The notes under the pieces were generated by a model. It saw only the letters and a program-made list of their open reading frames with translations, was not told the origin of the DNA and searched no databases. From a candidate division FCPU426 bacterium (GTDB lineage Bacteria > Oederibacteriota > JAAXVQ01 > JAUVAV01): DNA of 64,000 nucleotides. Position numbers and translations under genes: made by a program. Shown here one piece after another: positions 59,201-64,000 of the stretch (position 1 is the first letter of the stretch; the number at the start of each line of letters is the position of its first letter). The stretch spans positions 960,001 to 1,024,000 of the forward strand of contig JBFLYH010000001.1 in the NCBI GenBank assembly GCA_040756875.1, given 5' to 3'.

Positions 59201-62200
59201 ATCACATAACCAGGATCGCCATTCTCAAACTCATCCTGATAGGAACCATTTGTCGGCGGCTCGTAAGAGCCGTCCACCAGTTTATAATAGGAAATATCCG
59301 TGCTTAATGGCTCCAATTCGCCTTCGGCGTCCATATGGTATATGGTCATGATATTCGTGGAACCGATCAAACCATATTCAACCGCTTCTGCATAAGTAAA
59401 CCGGAAGGTCAAGGTAGGCTGATCTTCGGGATCGTTAAATTCGATTTTCTTATCCGCCTTAATTTCAATCACCGGGCCAAGCGGAATGATGGCGGGTTTA
59501 ACCGCCACTTTAGCCTTGGTCAAAGGCACGGAATTTACGGAAACTACCGTGTTTTCCTCAAATGAACCGGGTTTGAACTGCAGGGTGGAGCGTTTATACG
59601 GATCGTGCGCAATGCTATGCTCGGGCAGCGTGGATCCGGCCTCGATATATTTCCCAATCACCACCTCGTCCGTGGCGGTTGCGGCTCCGCCCTGGCCGTT
59701 GACAGCGCGCAACAATACCGTGTATCTGCCCACCAAGTTGGTCACATCCCAGTAGCCAAGCACGCCAGCCGGGTAGTGTGCAATCCGATCCGCGTAATCC
59801 GGATCAGCGGAATTCATGATTAAATGCCAGCCGTCATCATCATAATAGTAAATCTCATAATGATCCAATCCCGCCCCGCCGGCTGTTCCCCTGATTTCCA
59901 CCAGCCACTTCCCGCCCGGGCTTTCAACCAGTTTAAACTCAAACGCGTCGGTAAATTCCTGGCCTTCGTGCGTGTGGAAGGTGTTCTCATGAAACGCCCG
60001 ATTGTAGATTTGAAAATCCTCGCATAAAGAACCGTCCATATAGCGCGTTTGTATTTTCCAATCCGCGATCGAGATTTCAGGATTGTCTTGCGGCGTGGCG
60101 CTTACCCCGCCATAGCCGGTCGCCCAATAGGTGTTAAGGCCGTAAATACTATGGTTGGTTTCAGCCGGATTCTGATTGCTAAAGGGGTATAATTCCTTGA
60201 GCAAATACATTTTAGGCGCCGAATCGAAAGTCATGGAATCCGGGGCGCTGACAATCAATCCGTTGGTATTATTCAGGGCGGGATCGTCGGCTGTGGACCA
60301 GTACGTATCAAAGTCCTTCCCATTAAAATATACTTTTTCAGTGCCATTCGCGCCCAGATAGATATCAGCTTGCTTCCCGGGCAGATCGGAGAGATTGACG
60401 ATGTCGCCGGTGTTAAAACCTTCCAAGGTAATATTCTGTATTTTCTTTTCCTTGCCCGCGACGCCGGGTTGGCCGGTTTCAAAGGTTATAGGTGTATCGC
60501 TGCCATTGCCTTGTTCCACAATCTCAGGCCCGTAGGTATACAGCACTCCCTGGTTGAAGTCCTCCAAGGGGTCAATCTCGTATGCATAACCGTCCACAGC
60601 CGGATCATACCTGAGCCATTGGTTGGTTTTCCGCACCCAAGAGGCGTTGCCCGGCTCGTCGCCGTAATTAATAAAAGATTTGTCCGGATTGAGCTCCATA
60701 TAATTGGAATTGGGCGAATAATATCCCACTTCCCCAACCTTGGGGAAATAAGTTTTATTCCAATGTTTGTCCGGGTTTCCATTAAGTTCATTCAATATGA
60801 AATCTACAATGGTCCGGTCTTTCTGTTCCGAGGGGCTAAAGGGGAAAGGCGCTTCAAATACCGGGAGCCATAACTGGCTGTGAGCGCGGAATTTATGGGG
60901 CCCGATTTTATCGAATAGTATCCTGTTCCTGTCATTCAGGGTTGATTTCCCGGGCGTATAGCTCAAGGGCGCTTCATCCGCTGGCTTCCAGGTCTCCCCG
61001 CTGGATACCGGATACAAATCGTAGCGATAATGCGGCCCATCGGAAAGGTAACTGGCGTATTCGGGCGCGAACATAAGATAAGTGTTAAAAGGGTCCTGCG
61101 TGTCGAAATCATTTTCCGCGGAATTCCAATAGTTTACATATTTATACTTGCACGGCGAGGCAATATCCTTGGTATCAGCAACTCCTTCAAGCGTATAGTT
61201 GATATAATAGTGTTTGGTCGAGCCATCCCGGTATGGAAATTCCGGCACATCACCCGGCCTTGTCAGATCGTCGATTTCCGAACCGCCATCCTTGATGGTG
61301 ACGATTTCTTCCCCATCGCCAGGCGCACCGTAATAGTAGCCGTTTTCCGAGGCCCATTGGGTAAAGCGGTTGGTCAGATTGTTGAAGCTGAATGCCGGGT
61401 CCCAGCCTTGGTATTTTATTTCGCTGTTCCAAAAGCGTATTTCGGCGTTATCCCAGCCGTCCTTCGCGCGGATCATAGGCGTTTCGTTATACGGCGAACT
61501 GAACGCGAAGTTTCCCATTTCCGAGGCTGATTGAGTGACTTCTCGCTGGTTTTGAACGATGTCAAAATGCAGGACATCAAAGAGTGCGTCTAGGCCAATG
61601 GGTTTAATGGCAACGGAATAATGTGCGCGCTGAATATCCTCTTTGTAATAAGCGGTGTTAAGCCAATTATTGTATTTTGCCGGACTCAAGTAGGAATGAT
61701 CGAATATTAGCTTCGGCTGACTACGGGTGAAGGTATGGACGCGGTTATTCAATTCCGAGGGATAGTAGCTATGTTGCTTTTCCCCGTCCAATAGATAATA
61801 ACCTATGAATTCCGCGGATACTTTATAGTCTCGTTCCCTGTAAGTGAGCAGGCCGTCATTCGGCGCCGGAACGGCCGCCATGGCCGTGACCGCATCATAA
61901 TATTTCCTGGCCTTGGTCACAAAAGGCACAAAGGGATACTGAACGATGGTTTGCGTGCCAAAGGCATGCAGGGTGTATTCAAAGGGAATGGGCGGATACC
62001 AATTGCCTTCGCCGAAGATTTCCAGATAATAGCTCGATTCCCCGCGAATGGAGGGTATGCCGGCAATGGGCGTTTCCGTATTGCCCACGGTTTCCAGCGA
62101 GGCGGAGACACCGGCGCCTTGCGCGTTGTTAATGGTCACATTGTACTTTCGATCAATCGTTTGCCCCGGATCATCCGTCGCCTGCGCATGCAGTCTGAAT

Positions 62201-64000
62201 TGATAGGCGGCGTTGCCCACCGCCAGCAGCAGCCTGCTGTCGGCTGTGGGCGAATTGCCCCGCCATTGCACGCTGTGTTCCCATTCGCCCCCGCCCTGGC
62301 ACAACACGCCTTGCGTCAGGGTGCACACCGGCGCATCGCCATTATTGGGATCAATAACATCCACACTCACCAGCGCGTCTTTAGACAGGATAAAGCGCAG
62401 GCTGCTGGACGCCAGCGCCGTATTGCCGCTTCCCAGCCCCGCGTAGGTTGAAAACACCGGAGGATCGACGTAAGCCTGGATCAAACTGAGCGGAGAAGTT
62501 AGCTGGATGTTTTGCGAGGCCTCGGCATACCCCCGGTTGCCATAGCCCACGGCGCTCAGGACGAACGTATAAGGGCCGTTGGGCACCATGGCGCCATAAG
62601 GGTCTTGGCCATCCCATGTGAACTGCTGCTTGGTTTTCACATAATATTTAGTCACCACATTGCCGCTGGTCTCGGTCTGGCCATAGATATTGATCCAATC
62701 CGGGTGTTCCTGGGTCAACGGCGCCCCATTGTTGTACAGGTCAAAGGAAACCCACTCGCCGGTTGTGGTGAAATCAAAGCCTTCAAGCGCGCCTTGGGTA
62801 TGTTCCTGGCTGTCAGCCAGACATTCAAATCCGATATTATTGCCGGTTTGATAAGTGATGCCCTCTTCATTTTCCCTGTCGAATATCACGTTGGTAACTT
62901 TAAAGAGACCGTCGGTTTTCAGTATCCCGGCAAACCTATATGCGTTCCGAGTATTTGCATCTCCGTCGCCGTTGATGCGCAGATGCCAGGCTTCATTATC
63001 CTGCCATACATAGATGCCGCAGGAATCCGTGTTTTGGTTGATGGGAATAATGGATTCAAAGGGAGGTTGGGCGTCTATTTCCCTGTCGTTTACGCCCAAT
63101 TGGACTTGATGGGATACTTGACGATTGCCGGCATCGAATATAGTCAGGCTGACATCCGCCTGATTCACGTCCTGCAAACCAAGAGTATAATCAATGGCCA
63201 ACTGCGGATCAGTGGTAAAATTATGGCTGGGAGGCGGGTTGGAGAATTGCACAGTTATAACCGGATTCGGAGCACTAGGATCATTGGCAGGAACCGTCTT
63301 ATCCACCAAAGCTACGGCTGTATCCATCATGCGAATGCCGGCGAGCGTTTGCCCCGAGCTATCCACAGTATCTTCTTCCAAATCCACCAACAGAAGCGTG
63401 TATTCGCCGTCCGCCAAGTTTTGTGCATGCCAATACCCTAAAACGCCGTTATTATCCACGGTTCTTAAGGATATGTTTTTTTCGCTCTCGCTTTTTCGGT
63501 TGATCACCGGCACTTCGATTTCCGAGGTTTCCCAGGCGGACAGGTCAGCCAAGGCGCTTGGTGCCTCATGCTGGCCAGAACGATAATACAAACGATATTC
63601 CTTGAATTTAGCCGGATTGGTTCTGACAGGGTCCAGAGCCAAGCCGCGAATGACCACCGTATTATATAGTTTTTCCGCCGGATCGTCCGGGTAGCTGATA
63701 TAAGGCGCCACGCCTTCTTTGATAAAATCCGCGTATTTGGTCACATGGCTGCCATGGCTGTCCGTGGCGGTAATGACAAAAGCATACCGGCCCATGGGAA
63801 CCGGCTGCGAAGTCTGCGAATCATTGCCATCATACTCCACTGAATGGGTTTCAATCTTAACCGCGGGATTAGCCAATACCATGGCCGGATCAAATACCCT
63901 GACCGTGCCGAGATCGTCTTTCTTGACCACTTTAATTTCCACGTTCACTGGATCTCCCTGAAATTCCGGAATGTCGTCCGCCTGGCTGATGGTGTAATAA
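47254..64000 (-). CDS. Giant multidomain surface/secreted protein (>5,580 aa; 5' end outside window): FlgD-Ig repeats, Ig-like repeats, PA14, ZU5-like, Thr/Pro linker, NHL, CTD-like C-terminus
   Basis: Frame stays open from 63948 to the window edge (YYTISQADDIPEFQGDPV). About 15 WDG..G...PDG.Y modules, many D.AGN...DNT.P Ig repeats, two PA14-like segments, NHL blades, and a terminal PNPF...WDG domain. Confidence 0.9.
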   Translation of the reverse strand, partial: YYTISQADDIPEFQGDPVNVEIKVVKKDDLGTVRVFDPAMVLANPAVKIETHSVEYDGNDSQTSQPVPMGRYAFVITATDSHGSHVTKYADFIKEGVAPYISYPDDPAEKLYNTVVIRGLALDPVRTNPAKFKEYRLYYRSGQHEAPSALADLSAWETSEIEVPVINRKSESEKNISLRTVDNNGVLGYWHAQNLADGEYTLLLVDLEEDTVDSSGQTLAGIRMMDTAVALVDKTVPANDPSAPNPVITVQFSNPPPSHNFTTDPQLAIDYTLGLQDVNQADVSLTIFDAGNRQVSHQVQLGVNDREIDAQPPFESIIPINQNTDSCGIYVWQDNEAWHLRINGDGDANTRNAYRFAGILKTDGLFKVTNVIFDRENEEGITYQTGNNIGFECLADSQEHTQGALEGFDFTTTGEWVSFDLYNNGAPLTQEHPDWINIYGQTETSGNVVTKYYVKTKQQFTWDGQDPYGAMVPNGPYTFVLSAVGYGNRGYAEASQNIQLTSPLSLIQAYVDPPVFSTYAGLGSGNTALASSSLRFILSKDALVSVDVIDPNNGDAPVCTLTQGVLCQGGGEWEHSVQWRGNSPTADSRLLLAVGNAAYQFRLHAQATDDPGQTIDRKYNVTINNAQGAGVSASLETVGNTETPIAGIPSIRGESSYYLEIFGEGNWYPPIPFEYTLHAFGTQTIVQYPFVPFVTKARKYYDAVTAMAAVPAPNDGLLTYRERDYKVSAEFIGYYLLDGEKQHSYYPSELNNRVHTFTRSQPKLIFDHSYLSPAKYNNWLNTAYYKEDIQRAHYSVAIKPIGLDALFDVLHFDIVQNQREVTQSASEMGNFAFSSPYNETPMIRAKDGWDNAEIRFWNSEIKYQGWDPAFSFNNLTNRFTQWASENGYYYGAPGDGEEIVTIKDGGSEIDDLTRPGDVPEFPYRDGSTKHYYINYTLEGVADTKDIASPCKYKYVNYWNSAENDFDTQDPFNTYLMFAPEYASYLSDGPHYRYDLYPVSSGETWKPADEAPLSYTPGKSTLNDRNRILFDKIGPHKFRAHSQLWLPVFEAPFPFSPSEQKDRTIVDFILNELNGNPDKHWNKTYFPKVGEVGYYSPNSNYMELNPDKSFINYGDEPGNASWVRKTNQWLRYDPAVDGYAYEIDPLEDFNQGVLYTYGPEIVEQGNGSDTPITFETGQPGVAGKEKKIQNITLEGFNTGDIVNLSDLPGKQADIYLGANGTEKVYFNGKDFDTYWSTADDPALNNTNGLIVSAPDSMTFDSAPKMYLLKELYPFSNQNPAETNHSIYGLNTYWATGYGGVSATPQDNPEISIADWKIQTRYMDGSLCEDFQIYNRAFHENTFHTHEGQEFTDAFEFKLVESPGGKWLVEIRGTAGGAGLDHYEIYYYDDDGWHLIMNSADPDYADRIAHYPAGVLGYWDVTNLVGRYTVLLRAVNGQGGAATATDEVVIGKYIEAGSTLPEHSIAHDPYKRSTLQFKPGSFEENTVVSVNSVPLTKAKVAVKPAIIPLGPVIEIKADKKIEFNDPEDQPTLTFRFTYAEAVEYGLIGSTNIMTIYHMDAEGELEPLSTDISYYKLVDGSYEPPTNGSYQDEFENGDPGYVIVAYASVQHFSYYLVLKGGPLPANITLDQPVSPVNVAGIAIDGTGAVGQEVECWVDDDAEYADQGGGDSTPPVLQTQTFAITTPISGLNTIGAYSLAINLPFEGDNYLYVKYQNLENSPMAMRVVNRDLRPAQFTLFEVLNPKFSPNGDGVKDQTKIRFSLDEPATVIYKLYDTSGNEMETQELPLAPSLAKRGDGGVEEITWDGLKADGTTYPEGIYTVRLFVADSMGNISPESSQVKSIWLDLTPPEITDTIADLGAFSPGNDGINDTIGVPFALSEYAYVTATVRDADNNIVWRLGDPLALTAPAQHSLIWDGSVLNDSWLSEKVYTVHLKAVDEAGNSSITKYCQVAVDLTTLTISRLSVMPGVFSSHGGSSKLTYHINDDADVTIKITQMGNTDYPDGMVRVIQSNLRQSPGYHSVSWDGLNDAHQSVTEGTYTFRVVATDTSGNPAEPQNIAVSVANDTALPLASIVDILPNTITPNCPTSVGQNDVARIKFSLYDEVTSGDGISGPLKDIRLRIYKYGQLVRDLAQYASLPQGDAHITSWDGKDNAGQYVADGSYTVLVTCKDNSGNPSTSYRPESRGVVYVDNQAPEVFDVSSSPRVLSGSSGNDHVVIRYFLRDNLQNTPGFNFHTSISIFNYNDPANALKTVDSAVDGAEWNQVDWDLSGMAESIYFFRITTQDPAGNPARESGYAGVVVDKTPPEVNVVSVDIDTPFSPNPPLGDGLKDTNELKYFCADNTDKTPQMTVKVCPSGNLNNPILKLLDNTSVAGGNTHAAVWNGKDSGGITAPEGSYIYEVLAVDEAGNSAYAYSGPVTLDITSPAEFGSITINPEIFSPNSDGIKDETAITYVTPAEETVITHKIVGEADRFNWEAEGQGLYYPPKTFEYEVIVEGQRTNYEYVTFTCRVEVKGIDNNTIPPTIVFPLERGVAYDPVEFNWVLTKDFECWGLDGIPSLGDGVEAKYFDRYSSIGPFEVDPYGPVETRIEDTPYYDWGLGGPEGVQNGPPDYGPMIDGFQARWRGVLYIPPHEQTLIYRATSDDGQYLSSFDLSFPNNINAMIEDWHERYDDLPVSQIYESHSAINRDQLDGLQYDMFEKNNTGLPNYAVAKLEWNQGPEGAWEPIPRQYWYSRTPSIIHVTDDSTTGNAVWNALDNYTGKYAGTFVPVSPSAYNLHYRENWPPTLPPTYYTAKYMVETNGDSITALVQGNSITALTYAHDSSGYVLDPNTDQPAPWRDTYCRGLYTEYYQDTGFVDLAATTITPTVFYDWIDDQPNTTPFPHVFDHEGPIYVPNPDDNSQGTPLPQVNADAAFSVRWTGLLYTPYNKTYTFKVKTYGEKVALWIGNQKIIDAHQSGMQEPCGDTLLAAGQWYPIRFELINYGEYQEYDPYMQEGDERELLWGWSDQFGNYQGDHPIPPEYLAVKSWREEPNVRTHHKKGYYSRRLNDLLVAPKTIYQKETLHEAPITVTTNTNTVYAAFYSADGSIDYGSTISYTDPYANDFHIIAEPIDGAGTSVLPWAITSPRRVVTADYLHNSFVAFAYLPGSIPNSNNADALDEVKKVTIKFYDPATHEEVTNTISAYFEYNLDWPGSQYLPNGVTFTCSSSEPFSTRPVQTFRKENDEVRLNFAGAGEPRNVFDSTGAYLPPEIANRVKINYWSITPTSTDGSIRTDVLIENIITHKNEDPDLDHYNGDFTVRLSDSLVIRTLADGNTLAASTSVEQTWDGKTNLGVVAPDGTYTSKLWAYDQAWNWTLTNRPVSVDNTPPDVSISSPGDFSQVTGSISILGKATDEHFSQYWLFAKPVGASLWNTLTASGRPMAGPQDLLGVVDSSGLNGDWELRLAAEDEAGNRSETTRTYTLINDSDFVLQLYPGYPLISPNGDGVLDTYTLTAYLPQAAVWDCDIYPAGQTTKIRTLAYQETAGPDTATLVWDGKLADAITTAPDGDYYFNLTATATIGTNTLKAYRSGKVEVDTTTPTARLDAPAWGSQVEGTVELRGTAWDKNFLQYRLFYFPADDMSNPILLLSSNTSKTQEHLGWFNSQGLQGDYILALWVMDAAGNVGLDFKSVSVDNQAPNVAIMSPAPDEVIVGGNIQVEALIDDPHLATWSLQYGESYAPMNWSELASGTANVPQAVIHVWDTKPLQGEYTLRIIARDQAGNQTVIKRKVVLDNAAPLAVIDSPTDNAAVNGLVEIVGIADDPYFKEYKINLYHEGTKNTKKIGTKAIIAGTLCEWDTSKEEDGIYNIELVVFDSAGNSSYAHAWNILIDRQGPGLVRIESPRAPDDDLGANPLLHGTVDVRATITGDDLDHYLLKYLDLNAAQADWKTLTANALSAPVSNAVIHAWDTTQILLASEGGSGAGGAYLYILKLNAYDQAGNETSDEVTVEIDNEAPLVAIDSPLDQSYLHGQADVFGTVTEAHPGLSTLTLLPPSGSPVELSITARPLDHSHVCRLDTTSHMDGAYQLALRHEDLLGHEASQTIGMTLDNTVPQAIIVSPGPDTPVGQSLSIMGTADDANFKIYKLELDHEGTKYTQEGNGRIVNGVLGMWDASLMIGSAVASLYVEDLAGNANTTSMQIVFDHTPPILTDLGADPNPFSPASSNNQITRIRFGLNEACQVSLCVLDALGNTLQSQTSGFPMTSPGNDNFFTWDGKNTSGDIMPAGIYAYFLSAIDLAGNLGAPAVGQVTVSDDITPPIITSLQVEPAWISPNNDGVQDETQLTYQVEDGAATQVRTRLEIIGPDAAVVLVNGIEDAGQIHSAAWDGKDSQGTLALDGEYRIKLTAWDAANNPAVVEKPVYVDTAAPQAVGTAIPDLISPNSDGMLDSTQITLNLSDNFPVYVTYSVQVRDAADHIMRTLGENHAVLPYDTQYIWNGLKDDSNRVNDGIYHLYLGMQDQAGNAAAVNPVEISVDLTPPEVEINYSQSPYTDTAGNHYSRFGTHPWLDRYDPVVNNMSSGVARTVYQVRRAADPVTPLNGLREYNGGPFYLLDVWVDAEGTTHFAYWQDGEYAADFMSVDAGGNTMPLRTRLFRSDNTAPAAWMEQDGMPIVQGHETSPDRVLALAASDNYSGLSATALSIDQGVWTFNPQPFSLVVGEHSLEYYAVDNVGNSSNVASLNVRVLEPTATPTPTATWTATSTQTPTATATPTDTATPTASPTDTATPTASPTASDTATATASPTATDSDTPTASPTETDTPTPTFTATPSATATGTTTDTSTATSTHTGTATFSPTATGTATASSTATSTATSTVTMTATATPTATVTVTATSTASATATPIGGNGCLILSPCEGSLVNGYVHVVGIATAAKKKDFQGYVLAYRPAAGGALVTIAQGDHPVVIGLLGAWNTCGLEQGLYELVLTVTCRGVQLNAPTIMTHSVRVRVGDWTFLGQIGTGVKGCSNQQFNEPWDAEVDGTSCLYVSDSKNNRVQKFDAGDQYLQTIGAKGTRPGEFKLPTNIDVSKPFHTLSLSPGGRGEGEGENELYVTDYQNKRVQVLDLQGNYIREYAAAGDVLQWPVSVCLSNDNVGYILDGNGKVFYVDDADALRPIKDWPDGVSAACYDPLAHYTDLAAGRALTEEAYYLGLNDARVLDRVHQVANKVEKLDAQGNPLYSYKGTQNKYEPQNVKIGPLGNVWISDLENHRIQEFGPYGNLIGAFGGFGSVHGKFDRPHGVTFKEGRDVQLNAPAEHYAYVVDTGNHRVQKFRLDLAEAAPTPGPTATPAARLEVLALNSQPAVFIPKEGQKTSISYFVTKPAMVSLAILDRFGGMVKGYSEQEISRAGELQFVLWDGRNNFGHIVEPGMYTIRAEASAGQEHAASTALVTILPKGAELPTPIPSPTGVITPVWTPTPEPTKTPVPTKTFTPTVSPTVTPDLELHDCYAAPNPFRPEEGQTTWIHYTINLDAKVVITIRSKTTGKVVMVFGPFAPGAPNGQAGHNQVEWDGHEDLGDDVTGACHWRSYKYNCAISAEVLGQTEERNIEIIKEIYK
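48157..48186. repeat. Degenerate 30-bp palindrome, in frame within the giant gene (GRDVQLNAPA)
   Basis: CGCCGGGGCATTCAATTGAACATCCCGACC, a diverged copy of 49093-49122. Confidence 0.65.
48777..48818. repeat. C/G-rich REP-like element, in frame within an NHL blade (TLSLSPGGRGEGEG)
   Basis: CCCCCTCACCCTCCCCTCTCCCTCCTGGGGAGAGGG, similar to the intergenic elements at 38688 and 46170. Confidence 0.7.
49093..49122. repeat. Perfect 30-bp GTAG-type palindrome, in frame within the giant gene (CRGVQLNAPT)
   Basis: TGTAGGGGCGTTCAATTGAACGCCCCTACA is its own reverse complement. Confidence 0.8.
49378..49845 (-). repeat. Low-complexity Thr/Pro/Ala/Ser coding repeat (about 155-aa linker)
   Basis: PTATPTPTATWTATSTQTPTATATPTDTATPTASPTDT... 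with Thr at nearly every second residue. Confidence 0.9.
58609..58655. repeat. C/G-rich palindrome, in frame within a FlgD-Ig module (ELPLAPSLAKRGDGGV)
   Basis: AACTCCCCCATCCCCCCTCTTT-GCC-AAAGAGGGGGCTAGGGGGAGTT long imperfect hairpin. Confidence 0.7.

Noticed and set aside
63946-63948. GTG at 63948 as the true start of the giant gene
   Set aside because: The frame is open to the window edge, there is no signal peptide, and the sequence begins mid-FlgD-Ig module.
75-63961. Numerous plus-strand and alternate-frame ORFs in the track (for example 5429-6664, 12227-13486, 23569-24945, 47350-48654)
   Set aside because: They are antisense or frame shadows of well-supported minus-strand genes in GC-rich DNA and show no recognisable motifs.

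Overview
A 64-kb fragment from a diderm (LPS-making) bacterium. All 33 credible genes lie on the minus strand, and I found no rRNA, tRNA, CRISPR array or transposase. The housekeeping backbone is rdgB, rph, queE/queD, murI, cimA, recJ, smc, lpxI-lpxA-lpxC/fabZ-lpxD-skp-bamA, a TamB-like gene, clpC-mcsB-mcsA, lolD-lolC/E and lysS. Two accessory loci stand out. (1) 42.0-64.0 kb is a four-gene locus resembling a minimal type IX-like secretion unit. It encodes a >5,580-aa surface protein (FlgD-Ig, Ig, PA14 and NHL domains, with a CTD-like C-terminus, cut by the window edge), a PorV-like barrel, an NHL lipoprotein, and a LysM-fused barrel with SprA-like motifs. (2) 8.5-15.9 kb is a five-gene operon rich in apparent pseudo-enzymes, behind a structured 5' leader. 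It encodes a PQQ-propeller lipoprotein, a HAMP protein with a degenerate class III cyclase, a J-domain/TPR protein, a lid-less DnaK with a MinD-like amphipathic tail, and an MshEN-bearing PilB/GspE homologue lacking catalytic residues. Also seen: REP-like palindromes inserted in frame in the giant gene, NrdR-like boxes phased at 32 bp upstream of smc, and a dehydratase/activator pair coupled to queD/queE. All calls come from motif recognition by eye; no database searches were run.
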